A stretch of DNA of 63,983 nucleotides, filler included, from Parasitella parasitica NRRL 2501 (Eukaryota > Fungi > Mucoromycota): assembly GCA_025201805.1 (NCBI GenBank). It is 4 parts of 4 records of this genome, joined end to end, with 100 filler letters (N's around TTAATTAATTAA, not from the genome) between each part and the next. Parts side by side here need not be neighbours in the genome. Positions count along the whole stretch, not along the records: positions 20,568 to 38,461 come from MU619363.1; positions 38,562 to 53,719 come from MU619323.1; 2 more parts are not named here. The stretch is one strand, 5' to 3'. Position 1 is the stretch's first letter. Each line of letters starts with the position of its first letter. This document shows, piece by piece, positions 37,144 to 49,343 of the stretch. Position numbers and translations under genes: made by a program. Below the pieces are notes generated by a model, which worked only from the letters and a program-made list of their open reading frames with translations, did no database searches and was not told the origin of the DNA.

Positions 37144-38448
37144 CATTGGATTGTCTAAAGTGCAAGACATATAGTTCATTGGATGCTCTGAAGGAACAGG
37201 CTGTGAAGGAGGACATCTTGGTGCCGATCCGCATTGAATTAGAACACGAAGGCTACAAATTGAGAGACACATTTACATGGAATATGAACGGTACGCTGAC
37301 TGCGGGAACAAATGCTTGCTTATTTGCTTATGGGTTATTGTAGAATTGCTGGTTTCGCCGGAACAGTTTGCTGATGTCATGTGCGAAGACTTGCGACTAC
37401 CTCCTGCTGCATTTAGCGATCAAATTGCAAGGTCAATCAAAGAGCAGATTGATGACTATAATTTGAACGCATCCGGTATGATAAAGGACGATACTGAGGA
37501 ATCAAGCGAGCAAAAACTGGAGACCCTTGATCTATTGGCACATCCCAATTTGACAGAAAGCGAAGTGATGGAAATCACTCGTGATAAGCAGAGCATAGAG
37601 TTGAGGACCGTCATCAAATTGGACATTACTGTTGGGAATTGGGAACTGGTGGACCAGTTTGAATGGGATATAGGCTATCCTCGCAACTCTCCCGAAGAGT
37701 TTGCTCATACATTAGCTACGGATTTAGGGCTTCCTGGAGAATTCAAGTGAGTACCTGCGTATATTTTAAACACTCGTCGTCTATATTTACAAGTGCCTTG
37801 TAGAACGGCTATTGCTCACTCCATTCGAGAGCAGATCCACGTGTATGTCAAGTCTTTGCTGCTTGTGGGATATGAATTCAACAGTACCTCTATTATCGAC
37901 GACGAAATCAAGAATTGTTTCTTGCCACATTTACGAAACATTATTCGAGAGACTTCTTCGGTCGAGAGATATACACCATCTATGATTGAATTATCTGATG
38001 CTGCAGTCGCTAAAGCCGAGAAAGACAGAATGAGAGAAGCCAGGTATTGTGTGTAGCTACTATTGTAATGGCTGGGTACTGATGTCCTTGTGCTTGTGTT
38101 TGCAGGCGTAAAAGAAGAGGTACAAGAGCACGTCGAGGTATTATTCTACCTGATAGAGAGCCACAGAAAACCCATCGAACAGGATTTGCTGTTCCGCCTG
38201 AAAGTGAGTTAACCGATGAGCAATTCTTGCAAAATCAATTGAATGATCCGCAAAGCAACAAACGAAGTGCAGCATTAAAGGCGCGCATGAATATAGCAGC
38301 CGAAGCGGCTAATGTGGGTGATGACTTGATTGACGATACGCCACCAATGCAAGGAAGCATCTCGTTTGCAAATACCATAAAAATGAACGATTTCCAGAGA
38401 CAAGTGATGAAGCAAAATCAAATGAACGCTTGGCAACAATACCGTTGA
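36248..38448 (+). CDS. SNF5: SWI/SNF core subunit Snf5/INI1 with polyQ N-terminus
   Basis: FGPGYRGYGNG; repeat 1 LVPIRIELEHEGYKLRDTFTWNMN...PEQFADVMCEDL; repeat 2 IKLDITVGNWELVDQFEWDI...PEEFAHTLATDLGLPGEF; EKDRMREARRKRR. Confidence 0.92.
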
Positions 38449-39523
38449 AAAACAAACAAAANNNNNNNNNNNNNNNNNNNNNNNNNNNNNNNNNNNNNNN
38501 NNNNNTTAATTAATTAANNNNNNNNNNNNNNNNNNNNNNNNNNNNNNNNNNNNNNNNNNNNGAAGATCTTGTTTGTAGGTAGGGTGAAGTAGCTAGGTGA
38601 GAGCAAAACACTTTTTAATTATACATGTTATAGTAGTGTTCCTTTAGTATTGTAGTGTCAAGAGATGGGATGGGCCATACACATGTTGGCTAAAAAATCG
38701 TATTTTTCGTATTGCCCTTGCTTGTCATATCGTATTTACAGTAATTATTGTGGGCCATCAATCTCCAAATTCTCTTCCGTTTGCAAAATATGAGGAACAC
38801 CCCTTCATAATGGTATACATTTTAGATCACCCTTAAAATACAAAACATCAAGCCATCAAAGCTTAAATCTAATAAATAATGCAGGTGTAGTTATCCTATA
38901 AAATTTTTATTGAACCAATTCATCAGTTGAGGTTTTTGATCAGTTTTTATATGATGCTACTGATCTCATTTATCATGTCCAATTTATTCAAGGGGTTCTT
39001 TCAAATTAAGGTTTGCGGGGGATTCTTCCATTTGCTTCAAACCTCGCTCTAGTGTGTCGATGCGCTTGGTAATTTCTTCCACTACATAAGACCAAAGATC
39101 AGGATTGGACATGACTATTCAATAAACTGTTCATTACATTTTTTACTCATGTTGTTTCCAGCATCATCTACTCTTGTTTGCTGTGGGTTGTTACAAAAAA
39201 GTAATTAGATTCTGTTAAATGATAAAGCAAGCATTCATACAAGTTTGTTTGCTAGGCCAACAAGCTAATAATAAAAATGATGAGTTTTCCTCTTTTTAAG
39301 ATATGATGTTAACTTATTACATAAGCAGGTAAATTATCTACGGTATTTGGGGTATTTGGGGTATTTTGGGTATTTAAGCTTGTATCTTGAGTTATAGTCA
39401 TTTCTATTCTATTGAGAATGTAATATTGTGATAAAGAAAGGAGCTGAATGATAATAATGAAGCATTTATGGAGTCACAACACAACCAAAAATGAGCTTTC
39501 TCTACTTCTTTCTTACGATAATA

Positions 39524-40641
39524 ATGTCGACAACTAACACTAACCAAGAGCCTCAACACACTGATGAGGAAATCCTCATTTACATGCAAGAAATTAAAGA
39601 CATGGAAGCCAAAAAAGTAATTTTATTAGTACGATGGTCAAATTACGACTCAAATCTAACGAAGAAATAAACCATCTCGTAGATACCCTTAGTTTGTCAA
39701 GATGCGTCCATTGACACTTTACAAGAAGAGTATAAAGACAACGAACCGTTTTTGAATAAGATTAAAGTAACAAAGAAAAAGACCTTTAATTTGCTAATGT
39801 CGAGAAAAGTCTAAACATTGCATTGTCTGTAAAGAAACTTGGTGGAACTCATGACAGATTTAGAAAATGTCGCGGTGATGGTAGGTTTAGATGATTGTTT
39901 AAATATAAAGAAATAAAGACTAATATTGTTCATACTCACAGGTAATTGCTTTTATCGAGGTAAACCGCTGCATTTTTTTTTTTTTTTTTTTTTTTTAGTA
40001 TATAGACTTAGTACTTACACATTTACATAGCTTTATCGTTTGTTTGGTTTGAAAGCGCAATGAAAGATAAATCAACGTATGATGCACGTCTCAAGATACT
40101 TGAGAAAACTTGCGACCTTCTTGAAAATGCTGGATTCGAGAAGCTGGCATTCGAAGATTTTTATGAGGTAGCTCTTCAACAGTACAAGTCTTTAGATCAA
40201 AATGACCCTGATATGCTTCTCGTTGGATTTCAATCTGACGAAATCAGCAATGCCATTGTAATGCATTTTCGATTCATTGCATCCGCTTTTCTCCGTATAA
40301 ATGCGGCAGAATATGAACCGTTTTTAATTGATGAGATGGTATCAATTGATGAATTCTGTTCAATGCACGTGGAAGCTTTTGGCAGGGAATCTGACCATTT
40401 GCAGATCACTGCTCTTAGTAAAGCTTTAGATATCCCCATTAAAGTAGTATATTTAGATGGCGGTGAGGGTGATGATGCTGCTGTTCATGAGTTTTGGCCT
40501 TCTGACCAAGATAAAAGGACACCTATCCGGTTAATTTACAGACCAGGTAATTCATTGAAAGTTCATTTGAAAAGGTTCACATGATTAATGCTCTCTTTGT
40601 TAGGTCATTACGATATATTGTACAGTCGTATAAAACAATAA
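39524..40641 (+). CDS. Otubain-type deubiquitinase (peptidase C65), multi-exon
   Basis: RKCRGDG|NCFYR|A...FEKLAFEDFY...SNAIVMHFRFIASA...VEAFGRESDHLQITALS...LIYRPG|HYDILY. Confidence 0.93.
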
Positions 40642-40780
40642 ACGGATACACATTGCATATTTGAAAATTCTAGCTTCTTCCTTTTTTTTCTTTTTTTTTT
40701 TTGTTTCAGGAGTTTTTCATGTATTAAGTTTTATTACTCGCTTGCAGCAAGCTTATAACATGTGTCCGGGGTGTAATAAA

Positions 40781-41629
40781 TTAATATGTAAAGAGTTCAT
40801 TTGCCAATTTTACAACTGTTGCATAGTTTCCAACTAAATCCCATTCCTTGTCAGCTGTTGCAAATTTGTCTGAAATTGCTGTCAATAGGACAATCATTTC
40901 TGGTATCCTCTGTGGGTTTTTTGCACCAGGACAATCATACAAAATTCGAATGAACCCAGTTTGATCGAATAATATTCTGGGTGTGTTCATCTGGTTTTTG
41001 GGGTTTTCCAGAATAGCAAGCATTTTGAGGGTGATAAATCTTCCAATTTTAGTTTGATACAATAGCTGTTGATTTACTTCTTTGGGAACATTGAAGACTT
41101 GACTACCTAGCATCAATAGGGCTAAAAAAGCTATACCGCTGTCACCGACGTTTTGGTCCTCATGATATCGACTGCAGATGAATAATATTAGCTCCTTTAG
41201 CTTTTGTCCTATGGCGACATCTGTTTTTCCAAACTGAATTGCTCCTCTGCAATCATCTAATTGATGGCATATCTGCTTGGTTTGCGCCAACAAAAAGGAA
41301 AACTCGGTGATAACATCCTGATCATTGCCAGAAAATGATTCTGGCAAGCCATGCACTAACGCTAATTTTTCAAATGGTAGAGATCTGGAGTTATCTATGA
41401 CGCAATAGTTGGATTCTGTATCATCACTACTGATGACATTTGACTCTGGAGAGATACTTGCGCTTTCGTCGTAATAGAGCTTATCACAGCCGCAGGTGAC
41501 TACAGCTATTGAGCTGTTGGAGGATCTAGTTCCAATTGATTTTGGTTTACCAGTATGGTCTTGATTGTCTGATTCCTTTGTTCCAGACTTGATTAATAAA
41601 GAGCAAATATTGGAAAAATAAGAAGCCAT
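40781..41629 (-). CDS. Hypothetical protein (~280 aa), no recognised family
   Basis: Long uninterrupted ORF (MASYFSNICSLL...) with a low-complexity N-terminus and a helical-looking C-terminal half. Confidence 0.65.
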   Translation of the reverse strand: MASYFSNICSLLIKSGTKESDNQDHTGKPKSIGTRSSNSSIAVVTCGCDKLYYDESASISPESNVISSDDTESNYCVIDNSRSLPFEKLALVHGLPESFSGNDQDVITEFSFLLAQTKQICHQLDDCRGAIQFGKTDVAIGQKLKELILFICSRYHEDQNVGDSGIAFLALLMLGSQVFNVPKEVNQQLLYQTKIGRFITLKMLAILENPKNQMNTPRILFDQTGFIRILYDCPGAKNPQRIPEMIVLLTAISDKFATADKEWDLVGNYATVVKLANELFTY

Positions 41630-41810
41630 GATTGTAAAAATAAAATGAATAAAGAAGAAAAGGGACAATTTTGACATTGATCTGGATTTTATACATTTGT
41701 CACTGTTGGTCTGTACCACTATGCGAAAAAAAAAGGGGGGGGGGCGAAGAGGTATTTTTTTTATACAAGTGAAAGAAAATATTCAATATGTACAATGAAG
41801 CTGCTTAAAA

Positions 41811-44302
41811 TTAAAACGTCTCATCTTGGTTGGGACAGTCTATGGTTGAATGGTTACCAACAGAGTCGCAATTGTCGCAATACTAGTACGAAAGATGATT
41901 GACAAGCGGACTCAAAACAAAAAAATTGTCATACATACCTTCCCAAGAGCTAGCTCAGTCTTGCATTGCAAAACGTCATGTCCATAACTTTCACAAAGTT
42001 CGCAATAGTCTTGATCTGAATCATTGGGTTTTGCTGTTGTCTTCGTGGCTGTATGTGGCGGAGGAGTCGGTGATATTATAAAATTATTGCCATCCCTCTG
42101 ATTTTTAAGATCTTGCAATTCTCTCTGTAGACTAGCAACTTTCTTTCTTTCTGTTTCTAATTTCATTTCTAAATCTGCTTCAGTGAAAACTCGGCTTTCC
42201 ACCAAACTCTCCATTTCTGCAAGGTCTTTGCTCAATTGATTCACTTGATTTTTCTCTGCTGATAAGCTATTTCTATGCGTTTCGTTTTCTTTTTCAAGTT
42301 GCTGTATTTTTAATTGTAGGTCTTTATCATTTCGAGACGACTGGGCAGTAGTCATTTCACCATTTTCATTATTACTGCTTGATACGCCTTTCAAATCTTG
42401 CTTTTCGAGTGCCAACATTTCATCCATTAAATTGTTAAAGTCTTGCTCTAATTGCTTATTTGCCTCCACCAGTTCGTTATTTTCTTTTTCGAGCGCCATC
42501 TTGGATAATTTCAGCTGATATTGATCGTCTTCCGCTTTGGCTTGTGCCTCGAATGCGTTATCTGCTTCCTCAATAAGTCGCTTTTTATCTGTCAATTCTT
42601 TTTCAAAATCAGCCTGCAAGCTTTCAAACTTTTGTTCCACAGCTACTGTTTGTTTTCTGGCTTGATTAAGCTCTAATTTTAAGTGCTCAATATCATGCCC
42701 CATATTTCTTATGGTCAATCGCTCGTTATCTAATTCATTCATTGCCAATTCTAACTGCTCTTCAAGCCGATGTCTTTGATCTACTTCATCCAGAGCGTTG
42801 TTGGTCATTCCAGCTGTATGGCTGCGATTCATCTCGCTCAAGCGTGTTTCGATGTCTCGTTCATCATCATCGAACAGGGTGCTTTGCTTGTACTTAAGAT
42901 CTGCAATGATATAGTCTAGCTTTCGGATTTGTTGGTCCTTTTGCTGTAAATCAGCCTCGTGGTTTTGCTTTAATTCAATGACCGACCCTTCGTAAGCATG
43001 TATTGCTTCTAATCCTGCCCTTCTCAATTCCTCGCATTCCTTCTCCAATGAGGCTGTCATCGCCTCACTTGCAGACACCTCCTTTCTCACTTGTTCCATA
43101 TTACCTGCATGCTCTCTGTTCAACTGCAGCTGCTCTTCTCTAGTTGTTTGAAGTTGATGTTGCAATTCACGTACTAAATTTTCCAGCCGTTCAATTCGTC
43201 GCTGATCTTGAGATTGCTTTTCTTCGTCCCTTTGATTTTTGGCCAATAATGCTTCGCGCTCGGCTAGATCGTGTTGCAATTGCTCGACTGTGGACCGTGC
43301 TTGTTCTAAATCCCTTGACAGCCGCTGACATTGGCTTTCGCCTTCCTGCACCTGCACGGAAAGACTTTCTTTAGAAGAAACCAGTCGCTCCCATGCTGTC
43401 TCCTTGCTCCTCATTTGCAGAAGTAATTGATCCCTTTCTCTCTGAGTCTCTTCCAACATGTCATGGAGCTTATTTATTGTATCTTGCTGCTCTATGTGCT
43501 GCTGGCTTGATACAGGCGATACTACAGTAGGTGGAGGAGTTGGTATAGGTGGGGTTCGACTTTGCTTCTTTGGGGAGATCGCTACAGCAATATTTGGAGA
43601 CGGAGTAGGGGTTGGTTTCGTGTTATTTGCAGGTAATGAGGAGGTGGATGAGGTGGACGAAGTAGCAACAGAAGTTACAACAGATACAGTGGCAGTAGGA
43701 GAAGCAGAAATAGCCCCAGTAGAATTATTCTTTTTCGGAGGAGCAGGTGATGAAGGTGATTTGGTCTTGGGTATTGTCGAACTGCGTAATGTATGTGATT
43801 TCCTTGATGTGGAAGTAGAGGCGCTTAATCTTACAGCTGAGCTTGGAGACCCATTCTTCGTTGACGGTAGGTTGGATCGACGCGCAGTAGGTGGGGTTAG
43901 TGAGGAGGACGGTTTTGTTGTTGGTAAAGGAGGTGGATGTATTATCGCTTTTTCTACTGCAATGAAGATACCTGATTTTGCTGGACATGTAAAGTATTTC
44001 TTGCTGCAAAAAAAAAAAAAAAATGCCTGTGAGGATCACGAAAGAACGATGCTTACTAAAATATTTACTTACCCCTGAACACTTCCATCATTCTTTCCTT
44101 GCCCCTTCTCATCAAGCTCAACGCCAGCAAACATACCAGTTTTACCATCTACTTCTCCAACAAATCGAAGTGTGCCGGTCATGTTTAGACTCGGTATGGT
44201 CACGCGTTGTCCTGTCTTGTTTGGCTCATCGTCTTTTGCCTGAAAACGAGTCTTGGGTGTTCGAACTGGAATGGAGGGTAGTCTTGTTTGAATTCTTGAC
44301 AT
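41811..44302 (-). CDS. CLIP-170/Bik1/Tip1-like microtubule plus-end protein
   Basis: CAP-Gly domain (GTLRFVG...FAGVELDEKGQGKNDGSVQG), S/P/T-rich linker, long coiled coil, zinc knuckles YCELCESYGHDVLQC and YCDNCDSVGNHSTIDC, C-terminal DETF. Confidence 0.92.
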
Positions 44303-45780
44303 TTTTAGATGAAGAGGAAGAAAGAAGAGAAAAAAGGGCGGTGCGTATCTCGGCCAAATATTTAATGCTCAGAAATAAACTGGTCTCCTGAGATCATTCA
44401 CATAATATCATATGCTCTGACGAAAACTCTCGAAACAGGTGTATCATACATCTCTGACTCAGAGCATTCTTGCCATCATTGAACATTAATAAGAGTAAAG
44501 ATGTAATTTTTCAATAAAGATAATGTGTGCACCGTATATAAAAGTGCATAATTAAGCAACTTACAATTGCCATTTGAGGCATATCGTATACATGGCATGA
44601 AATCAAAAGACACGGCATTTGTAACTGTATATTTAACAACATGCATACTTTTGTATGAGACACCATATCACGATCCAGGGAATTTTTTTTTTTTTTCATG
44701 TAGTAAAGTAAGTAATCATAAAATTGCTCGCATGTTCTACAAAGACAGTTGAGACAGCTCCAAATGTGGAGAGTATATCTACTCTACATTACAGCCTATT
44801 GGATGTAGATGTCCGATATGTGCAATGCTCTAATGGTTTTCCGAAAGTCGAAAACTTGCCATGATGGCTTACAATGCTTTAGTGAGCGTTTAGTATAAAT
44901 TTAGCAACTAGCTTTTTAATTTTTGCCTTTAACAAACTCTCTCCACAATCAAGTAATATAAGTATAAACCGTCTTTTCCAAATATTTTGCAGATGAAAGC
45001 TAAGGCTCCAGTTTTGAAAAAAAAGAATCACATTTCTCTTGTGGAGTATGCTGATAAAAACTCCCTCACATTTTATATATTCTGCACAGCTTAGCCTAGC
45101 TATTTTTCCAACTGAGGCGTTGCTATGAGACGTCTGCATTATATTTAGCGATATAGCTTGTCAATAACAGTGCATATTATGGAGTGTAGAGTATTGTTTG
45201 GCTGATCAATTCTATGGTAAGCACTCGAATATGATTCATCTCGTTTGGTTATAGATTCTATTGGCACGTGCGAGAAGCCGTAAAGGGATCTCTAGGACGT
45301 TATCTGATATCAAAAGCACTCATACTGTGATGAGGAACATTTGACGTCAAATCGAGCCTTCAAAACCTTATATTATTCAGCAGAGAATATGATTAAACTG
45401 CTATGCACTGATAACCATAGTTTTTTTCATAATAAGAACTTTTGATGCCTCATGCCCATAACCCGTATTATTTTAGTTACTTTCTTCATCTGTTAAGGAA
45501 GTACAGTACATGCCAATCTCCTCTTTAACATTTTCATTGCATGAAATTCGAGTTTTAATTCAAGCAGACCAAACAAAATGATCTCTGTTAAACAGCTACA
45601 CACTCGCAGGTCTCTTCACACAATGCAGCATTGTGCCTGTATCAAGTAGACACTTCAATTTATAGGCTTGACGTCAGCAGTTTCAGCTACGCATTATAAA
45701 AACGCGTATTCAATCCGCAGTATTCTTTTTTTTCCTATTTAGCTTTCTTCTTGACTTGGTCGGCTCTTAACGAGATGTGT

Positions 45781-46340
45781 TTATAGCCAACTTTGCCTGG
45801 GTTTTACTGGTTTTCCATATCTGGTTTGCCTAACTGATGTTCTTGTCGGTTCTAGGGAGCTTTCTTTCGAAACTGGTCTACTCTGCAATGATCTTCGGGT
45901 CGTTGTGGGGGATTCATTGACTGACTACTGGAAATGATGCATAGGTGTTCCCTCTCTGTGTTGGGTTTGCGTCATCCGCTTTGTCGCACCATTGCAATCC
46001 AGTATCAGACTTTGACGTAGTGTCTATGGCTATAGCTCTGCCAGAAGGAAAGCTTAGAGTCAGAGAATCCTGCCTACTGGCTTGGGAATCCTTACGACTG
46101 GAAGGTGAACCCCTCGCATCCCAAACAGTAAATAGGTGTATTACTTGGGCAATTTAAATTGGTCCATCTTGTATAAAGAACTGGAAGCTGAATGTATGCT
46201 CTGCCACGACGTGTAGGTGCGGTTCTTGTGCGGGCCACTGTCCCAATGGCAGGTACGGAGTGTTTGAAGGATGTTGGCTGATAAAGCATGGAGATGCGTC
46301 TAGTATCACCAATAGACTTGGAAGTCCCTATTATTCAAAG
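45781..46340 (-). pseudogene. Highly degenerate LTR-retrotransposon integrase C-terminal remnant (tentative)
   Basis: Broken frames give RDFQV..LVILD, QDGPI*IAQVIHLFTV (GPY/F-like) and a terminal RQTRYGKPVKPRQ. Confidence 0.35.
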
Positions 46341-47505
46341 CTTGTGTGTGCATTGGTTGGTACAAGTCTTGACTTTAGGATCAAGTATCAAGAAAGAAGC
46401 TCAATTTAGGGTCTGGGGGTTGAGGTCTGGGGGTTGAGGTCTGGGGATTGGGACCATATGTATTTCGCCCTGCTCGTGGGTGGTCCTGCTAATCATGGCA
46501 TTTCAGCTATGAGAACCAACAGAAATGCTCTTTCTTTTTTCTTTTTTTTTCTTAAATAAAATACATAAACCTTTAAACTTGATGTCAATTGCTTTTTTTA
46601 TTCAATTTGCTACCATTTAATAAATGTTTGATATACTCATAGATTGACGATCAGTGTATAATAAGCGTTAAGCCTTTCTGTTTATTATGGATGAATGTAT
46701 TTCAAATAGATGCTTCTTGACAAAAAATCTAGAGTGATTTGTGCCCGAAGCTTTGTTTTTTTCGACTATTAGACCCAAAAGCTAATAAAGATACACTTTG
46801 AATATAAGCAAAGAAAAACTTCGTTTTTGTGGCAATCGAGTATTATGAGGTTTTGCGCCTCAGCAGGACAAGCTTCAAATAATGGTCAAAGGTGTATGAA
46901 GCTTGGGTACAATGTTGTAAAAGGACCCAAAAGAAGTAGATTTTGGCTGAAAGTTGTACCTCCATTACTTAATAATTTGCAAAAATAGATTGCACGTTAT
47001 ACCGTGAAGCGGGAAAAAGGGTAATGGTTTAAACTGTGCACGATCTACTTTAACCAAGCATGTAGTAGCTACTTAATAGCTTTCAAGATAATCTTTAAAA
47101 GCATCTTGGCTATTAATCCATATCAGGGCATGTCCAAGCTACCTAGGATGCTCATGTTTTGCTCCTCAATTCAAAATAGGCGCTCACTGGCAAATCATGC
47201 ATATACAGGGGTTGGAAAGTAGTGGTATCGATACAAAATTCGACCATCGCTAAAATATATCGTGCCTATTACTCTAATATAACATTGCTTCGTCAACAAA
47301 TTACGAAGATCGATTTTGCGCAACAAAACTTGGGTATATTATTACCATGAAGGCACTATAAATGAATTAAAAAGTAAGCATCGTGCTTTGACAGCCAATA
47401 TACTTGTTGTTGCATTTATTTTCTAACAAGAATCCGGCTATTGTTGCGTTTCATAACAGCTATTCTTTTTATTTTAATATTGTGAAACTTACAAAATTAA
47501 TACAT

Positions 47506-48612
47506 TTAGTTGTCAGACTGAACCCACTCAACGTTGGCAGGAGTCCATTCAACAAGCTCACCAGCCTTGCCAAACCATAAACCAATCTCCTTCTCAGCAG
47601 ATTCAAAAGAATCAGAACCATGGATGATGTTTCTTCCAACAGAGATCTAACATGGAAAAGTATAATGAATAACAATCGCGACAAAGAAATAGCTTGAGGC
47701 AACAACTTACACAGTATTGACCACGGATAGTACCAGGAGCTGATTCTAAAGGATTGGTGGCACCAATCATTTGTCTACCTTGTTTGATAACATCCTTGCC
47801 TTCCCAAACCTATTTAATTTGCATTTTAAATAGCTATCAAAGATTGGGATCCTTGTCAAGATTTACCATAGCAATGACGGGTGTACCGCTTGTCATGTAC
47901 TTAACAAGACCAGAGAAGAAAGGACGTGCTTTGAGGTCGTCATAATGCTGTTCGGCCAATTCCTTGGAAGGAGCAAGAGCCTTCAAGCCAACGAGCTTAT
48001 AACCGCGTTCCTCGAAACGGGAGATAACCTTACCAACAAGACCTCGTTGAACACCATCGGGCTATGACAAAATATGCATGCAATTAGTACGGTAGTTTGG
48101 CGTTCTATCAGTTTTTTTTTACCTTGATAGCAATGAATGTACGTTCGCTGAAAGTACCCCTATAAACACCAAACATGCATAAATATACATTCGTTGATCT
48201 CTTCAAAAGGCCATAAACTTACTTGACACCGGCAATAGGCTTAGAATCAGCATTAACAGGCTCTAATCAGAAAAATTATTAGGAATCCTTTAATAAAATG
48301 TTCCTGTAAGAGACTTACTTTGAAGGTAAGCATAAGAGAGAGCACTGGCAGTAACAACACCAGCAGTGGCTATGGCCATGCGGCGAGAAGCAGCAGAAGC
48401 AACAGTACGGCTAGCAGTAGCAAAAGTGCGGGCTAATTGAACAGTACGCGTTAAATTTCCACGTTTATTTCTTGATCCGAGAACAATGATGACTCTTACC
48501 CTTGATGGAGGCAGTAGCAGGTCTGACAGCTATGTTTAATTTACGTCAAGATGTGCACATTTTATCATTCAATTATCTACATACCAAAACGGGCAGCGGT
48601 ACGAGTGAGCAT
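47506..48612 (-). CDS. Nucleoside diphosphate kinase with N-terminal mitochondrial targeting/membrane extension, many exons
   Basis: MLTRTAARF...presequence; ERTFIAIK|[23 protein letters not shown]...[16 protein letters not shown]...RNIIHGSDS...EWVQSDN*. Confidence 0.93.
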
Positions 48613-49343
48613 TGTTTAATAATGGAATGTGATGATAAAGAAACGAAAAAAGAGAGAAAGAAAAACTGTACCTGTTCTACCCTTTTTATACTTTCACCTT
48701 ATTTACGCCTAATCTCTATTTATACACTCCTTTCATATTGACATGAGTGAATTATTCAAATTTCATTGGAAACCTTAAAATAAACCGGGGGCTTCATCTC
48801 AATCATTGCATCACACAAGCTTCCAAATATATCCAAAGTGTATCTCACTGTAGAACGAACCGTGACCAAATCCCATCGTAGTATTGACAGAATATGGGAA
48901 CTCGGGTGTTTTGTTCAACAGTGAAAGCGTAAGAATCCAAATCTCCAATATTTTGAACTTGCATAATTATTCGAATTGATCTAATCGTTTGGAACAAACA
49001 TTTTCTAACTGGTCTCCATGACGACCCTATTTATCATCTGTCAAAAATGAAATGCAAATCACTTCATGGTAAAACATTTGTTTCAGGAAGGTATATGTGG
49101 CCATTATTTTTTTGTCTTTTTGTATTTTTGGATGGCTTATGTGGCTTTGGTTGTAAACCAGTATGCTCACATTCTGGAAGGAGTGCAGTGCAAGTAAACA
49201 CCTTCTAACTGAGTGTAGTGACTCCTTTGACTTGGTCGGACAGCTTAAAATTTTTTTTGGTATAACATTCAGAGCAAGACAAGACCATATCAAGTTCTTT
49301 CCTTTCCCTTTTCTCCTTTGTGAGCTTATAATCTATAGTTGAA

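Noticed and set aside
38506-38517. TTAATTAATTAA palindrome recurring three times
   Set aside because: Always centred in N runs; an artificial contig spacer.
39342-39375. GGTATTTGG tandem repeat upstream of the otubain gene
   Set aside because: Short simple repeat with no spacers; not CRISPR-like and no support for a telomeric origin.
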